Shown: positions 58,610-64,000 of the stretch, piece by piece
Numbering within the stretch: the first letter of the stretch is position 1
How the letters are laid out: each line of letters starts with the position of its first letter
DNA from: Oopsacas minuta
Lineage: Eukaryota > Animalia > Porifera
Reading direction: 5' to 3'
Assembly (NCBI GenBank): GCA_024704765.1
Contig: JAKMXF010000343.1
Coordinates: 372,001-436,000 of the forward strand
Length of the DNA: 64,000 nt
Position numbers and translations under genes: made by a program
The notes under the pieces: model-generated
What the model was told of the DNA's origin: nothing
The model's database searches: none
The model's input: only the letters and a program-made list of their open reading frames with translations

Positions 58610-60007
58610 TTAGAACTTCAGCACAATGTTATACATAGCAACTCCAGTTCCTAGCACTCCTCCTATCAATCCAATACTTAGAATAATAATATCTTTAATA
58701 ACCCATAGGTAGAAGGGAAGGCAATACCTCCTTACTCTCCAGAAGCTTACAATCTCAATAACAGCTGGAAATATCAGTGCTATACAGGTACTACTACATG
58801 CTCCTATTAAATCTATTAAAAGATCTATCTGGCCAATAACGATTGGGATTAGTGCAGTGAATGTTACCAGAATTGTACGAATAATATACTGAACTAATAT
58901 CTTCAGTTTAGGAGATTGAATACGCCGGATAAATATAGGTTCGATTATTTCTATAGGAACGTAGAATTGTACTAAATAACTACTGAAAATTCCAAATGTT
59001 AAGTAGACAATAGCAACGGTATAAACTAGGTCGATTGGAGACATTACTCTCTCAGGGAGGTTGAGGGAGATTACTTCAGCAAGATTAGACCCAAATGCAA
59101 AATATCCAAATACCCCCAAGATAACAAATGATGTAATAACTAAAACCATTCCAATCCATAGGATAGGTACAAATAGGTTAGGATTAGACATCTTGTTTTC
59201 TTGCGGTAGTATACATCCTATACCTTCAAACGCAAATATAACATTACCAAAGAACAACGGATAAGTTAATGGTGTTGTAGAGAAGGCCTGGACACCAGGA
59301 CCTAACCCATTTTTTAGTACAATAGTCAGACAGTAAGCGAGTATTACTATTATACTATATAGATAGCAGAAATTACCGGCAGTTGAAAACGGAGCCAAGT
59401 ATTTGAGCGAACGTATATAACTTCCAAGTAAAAATATAGGTAGAATCATGACTATAATTAACCTGTATTGGAAAGGTATAGACCCTGAGTTTTCTATTAG
59501 AAGAATCACATTTTTAGCTACAAAGGCAATGTAAGTACAGCAGAATCCTAATTGAGTTAGAAGGAGCATGAGATTGACCAAAATCCGAGCCATCTGTCCT
59601 AACCACGGCCTCTTGGATTTATAAGCAATAGACAACTGTGCTACGTCAGCATAACTTAGCGCAGGTAGCTCAAACAGAGCACACAGATGGTGACTAGCTG
59701 TTACAATTAGTGTCATACAGTGAGTAGCTATTATCCCCATTAGTATAAGCAGGATAGGACCTAAAACATAACCTGCATTCTGTATAGCATTCGGCATACT
59801 CAACATACCAATACCGATATTTGCCTTTAAGATGTGCATGAGAGTAGCACCAGGGCCTGTTGGATTAATGTCCCTCACAGAAGCAGTATTCTTTAAGATA
59901 GAATTGTATGTAGTTCTCAGGTATTCCATATCTTTTGCGGGACCAAAAACCTTTTTCCTAACAATTGGACTTGATTCTGAATCCGAATTAGAAGTACCAT
60001 CATTCAT
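58610..60007 (-). CDS. SLC36A: Proton-coupled amino acid transporter (SLC36/PAT family), single exon
   Basis: TLMHILKANIGIGMLSMPNA, QLGFCCTY, SLKYLAPFS, FAFEGIGCILP, GYFAFG, QFYVPIEII; about 11 transmembrane helices. Confidence 0.88.
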   Translation of the reverse strand: MNDGTSNSDSESSPIVRKKVFGPAKDMEYLRTTYNSILKNTASVRDINPTGPGATLMHILKANIGIGMLSMPNAIQNAGYVLGPILLILMGIIATHCMTLIVTASHHLCALFELPALSYADVAQLSIAYKSKRPWLGQMARILVNLMLLLTQLGFCCTYIAFVAKNVILLIENSGSIPFQYRLIIVMILPIFLLGSYIRSLKYLAPFSTAGNFCYLYSIIVILAYCLTIVLKNGLGPGVQAFSTTPLTYPLFFGNVIFAFEGIGCILPQENKMSNPNLFVPILWIGMVLVITSFVILGVFGYFAFGSNLAEVISLNLPERVMSPIDLVYTVAIVYLTFGIFSSYLVQFYVPIEIIEPIFIRRIQSPKLKILVQYIIRTILVTFTALIPIVIGQIDLLIDLIGACSSTCIALIFPAVIEIVSFWRVRRYCLPFYLWVIKDIIILSIGLIGGVLGTGVAMYNIVLKF

Positions 60008-61157
60008 TTCTACACTACAGGATTATTAAACCAGATTTCTTTTCACGGGGAAATTTCTTTGGAACAAAAGTTATAAGAATTTATATAAACCTGATTTGAT
60101 CTAATTAGCATAATATGTTAATGAATGAATGAATGAATTACTTTATAGATCAGTTGATGTACTAAGAATTTTGATATGTAATAATCTTGAATATTTGGAA
60201 GTGATTATACTTATGAATCACAATGGATGTGAGTGGACAGAAAATAACTAAACTACTAGACACAGAAACCTGTAGATTTATTCGAGAAACATAGCATGAT
60301 ACGTGAATCATCTTCTGGCGTATTTCGCATTAGGGGCTGTTGCAATCGATCCAATGACTGAACTTTTGTGATTCGGCACACAATTGTAAAAAAGTGTATA
60401 AGGCTTCTTCTCAGTCTTATTTCTATTCATTGAAAGGATGAATCATTCAAATGGTATTTCTATCAAACTGAACAAGGTATTTGTATGGTATTTGTTACTC
60501 AACATCGTTCTAACCGTCAAAGTATCTTCTAGAAAAGGGAAACATCTAAATTCTGTTGAAGGGAAAGGAAGGAAAGAAAGAATTGCAATTTGATTGACAT
60601 AGAAGACAGGGGCGGCGCCAACGATCAGGCTTGCCTGACCACTTTAAAATATATCAAGTCGATGGTCTGAACGCCACTTAACAATTTTCGCCAGCCTTGG
60701 AAGATTATATGTTTTCCACAGAAATGAACAGAATTTACGTATGTTACAGAATATGGAAATGGTAGAGTTCATTGTTTGAATATTGATTTAACATTTCACT
60801 CTTTTATTGACGATATAATGAATTAGAAGCAGATTCTATATACCCCACATGAATTGCAATCTCTATTCATGGAAGGGTAATAATGGCTACCATTCGGCTA
60901 CCTCTCCACTATTGTATATAGATATTCTAATCTCTACACTGTCATTTCCTATTCTAGGTATATTTCACTTGACTATCACACAATTTTCACATCAGTAACA
61001 CTTTCAACATATAAAAATATGGAATCTCAAAGGAATTACATATAAAGTTAGTAATGGTGTATATAAATGTAAATTAGTAAATAATGAGCATCAAATCAAT
61101 AAACATTAAGTAAGGGGAAGAAAGTTCAAAACAAAGATGTATAGCACATATTTGGAG

Positions 61158-64000
61158 TTACTTTTTGAGCAAATTTAGAATATCATTTAGCTTCCCTTCC
61201 AAGCTTGAATTTTGTAATGCAATTAGCTCCACGGTTGATTCAACTTTCCTAATTCTCTCTTCCATCAGAGCCCCTCTGAAACTTGATTCCCTTTCTGTAA
61301 GACCCGATCTTGCGCCCATAGGAGATTGCGTAATTGGTGTATCTAGTTTTTGGAAATCTACCTTAACAAGCATTTCGCTAACTTTCTCACTTAATTTATC
61401 CAAAGATTCAGTCTGTGAAATTATCTTCTCACTCCCCTCATTTAGAGCCAAACTGTTCTTCTGGACTTTATGTAACAAATGACTCAATTGTCTATTAATA
61501 TTCTCATCTGGTGTCTCATTCACTAGTCCCTTCCATTCATCAATTGGTACATTAAAGGATTTAATAGATGAAAGTTGTCGAAAATATTTCCCCAGAAAGA
61601 ATGCTAAAATTGATTCTAATTCCATAGAAACTATAAGCCCCATTCGATAGTAGAATGTTCCTTGTGCATTCAATTCCGCGTATGTCTCAGATAATTGTGC
61701 AATAAGGATATTAGAAAGAACCACTATGATGGTGAATGAAAATAATATGTAGACCAATGCAAAGTAGATACTAACACCAAAAATATCTTCTTCTCTATTT
61801 CCCGGGCCTCCATCCAGGAGTAATGTCAAACCTGAAACGGATGGAGTCAATAAAGTATATGTGTCTGTCATTGCTTGATTGAAGAAAAATAATTGACTGG
61901 TATCATTATGGCATAAATCAGAGTTCATTTGTCCGTCTACAGTCAGCCTCGCTCTATCATGATCACCCAGTGGTTGGAAGCGTGCTGCAAGGTGTATACC
62001 TCCAATATATGCAACGAAAACTATAATGTATAATACCATGAAACGAGGAATATCCTTGGAGAACACAGCTTTAACCGTATCAATGTATGCACCTAAAGAT
62101 GGGATAATTCGTGTATATTTCAGCAAAGAAATCGTGAAGCCGATGAAAGAAAGTGAAGCAAAAAGCCAAGCAATATTTGCATACTGGAATCTGATGCCGA
62201 AATACAAATAAAACGATAATATTCCCAGCAAGTCTGTCGGGCTATCATAAATGTATTGGAGTGTTGCTTGTGGTAAATAGAACATTCTCCTGTTTAGGAT
62301 AGGGAAAATCTGTCTGAATTTTTTCACCCACTCCAGCGTGAGGATGAAACAGTTTGTTTGATCCTTCAAATTCTCACCTTTTTCTAATTCATCAAATTTC
62401 ATCATTTTGAAAGTTTTAAATTCCTGAAGTGTCAAATTTTTCTGCTTCACTAATCTCAACCAACCATACGCAAACTCAATGAACTCACTCACTGTCAACA
62501 AACACACATACACCCATGAGAAAGTTTCACAAGCTAATCGGACATTTGAACCTATTTGAGTTATTTGGAAGGTTTTCAAATCATGATCACATTCATAAGA
62601 TGCGATGAAGAGAGCTGCCGAAAGCACTGCTAAAAACACGAAGTAAATAAGGAAAGAAAGTACATACCAGATCCGATAGAAATTGAGTTTCTTCTCAACA
62701 GTCTTTTTCACAACAGGATGTTCACGTAGTTCCTTATCATTACAATCAACTAGTTTATGCAATAAAGATGGTAGTAAATGAGAAAAATGTTTGCTGAATG
62801 GTGATTCGCCTTTTGCATTGATGTCAAGCATTAGTGCTTTACAATGTACTTCTGTTCCCGATTTAGTTTCCACGCACATACGATTGAAAATAGTTTTCAA
62901 AATGTCATATTGTTCATCTTCCAAAAATTCGTGATATATCTTCGCTCCTTCATCAAAATATTCCATGGGTACTCGCTCAATGAATGTCGTTAATACAGAA
63001 TCATGGGATTTCCTTTTGGCAATGCTTATGGGAGTTTCTTCATCTACATTTTCAGCTTTGAGCTGTTTGAATGCTGTTTCTATCTGAGCTTCTCTCAGTA
63101 GAAAATCTGCACATTTATAAGAGTTTTGAATAGCAATAATATGCATTGGAGTATTATTCTCATTATCTTCCCGATCCAAACTAACTTGAAATTCTAATAG
63201 TAACTCCAATATATGTGGATAGTCGTTTCCAAGTGCTATATCTATTGGTGTTTTACAGACGGCGTCTTTTTCATCAGCTCTAGCTCCGTATTCTAGAAGT
63301 ACTTTAAGAATATTTCTGTCATTCTTCTTGGCTGCAAAATGTATTGCTTTTTCTCCAGTACTATCAACTGGTAACTCTGGATCAGCTTTGAAATTTAGAA
63401 GTGCTTTAACGCAATCTCTATAGCCCCCTCTTATTGCATAGTATAACGGTGTGTTACCATCACTGTCTCTTGTATTAGGATCCATTCCATTATCTTTTAT
63501 CAGAAAACTAAATTTTAAGAATGTATAAAACAGTTTCATTGAAATTTGTAACTGGGGATATCTAGCAAAAATCCATCAAAAATCATTGATCATATTTATG
63601 ATAATTATTACGATTACAGGAAAAGTTGTATTTAATTACAATCGGTTACAATTTTATTTTGGAATCTATGAAATATCAGATATCTACTTTTCTATAATAT
63701 ACTGTCAAGTTACCTGATAAGATGTAACTGTCCTCCATTAACAGCTGAATGTAATGCACTAGTTTGCATGTGACGTTCATCCCATAGTGTAGCTTTATGT
63801 TTAATTAGAAGTTTCACTAAATCCTTATGACCTGATTTAGAAGCATTATTTATAGCGGTACATGTTGATTTCTCACTTTTGTAATTAGGATCATTCCCTT
63901 CAGCTAACATATAACATGCTAGGTCTGTGTATCCTCTCTTTGAGGCTAGATTGAGGGGTGTCAATCCCTGATCACTTTCAAAATTAAGGCTAGCCCCTTT
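61158..64000 (-). CDS. Ankyrin-repeat TRP cation channel (TRPA/TRPV-like), 5' end outside the window; exons 63714-64000 and 61158-63507
   Basis: Multiple ankyrin repeats (TPLNLAS, TPLYYA, AIHFAA, TPIDIA, TPMHIIA), six hydrophobic segments, S6/TRP-like VLSNILIAQLSETY and C-terminal coiled coil. The phase-2 junction gives GQLHLISFLIKDNG. Confidence 0.85.

Overview
AT-rich, compact animal genomic DNA with GT-AG introns; not prokaryotic, and I recognised no CRISPR array, rRNA or tRNA. The NHL-repeat family, intronless class C GPCR and small introns suggest a sponge, probably a glass sponge (Oopsacas-like); this is inference only. Gene order: C6orf163-like coiled-coil (+), CELF/Bruno (+), EAPP (+), RIPOR/FAM65 (-, micro-exons), SPT2 (-), DHX16/Prp2 (-) with a nested antisense tetraspanin, CATIP (-), PIAS (-), ZCCHC9 (-), VCPIP1 (-), SLC36 transporter (-) and a 5'-truncated ankyrin-TRP channel (-). 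VCPIP1 introns host three genes: a disrupted NHL gene, a four-times frameshifted GABA-B-like GPCR and intact OXA1L. Many short MITEs occur (TA-flanked Tc1/pogo-like, hAT-like with 8-bp TSD, piggyBac-like with TTAA). Most unusual signals: a tetraspanin with a periodic N-glycan stalk plus furin site in its large loop, nested genes inside VCPIP1, candidate + strand micro-exons interleaved with RIPOR and DHX16 introns, and a dense RUAGU cluster in the CELF 3'UTR. All gene names come from recalled motifs, not database searches.
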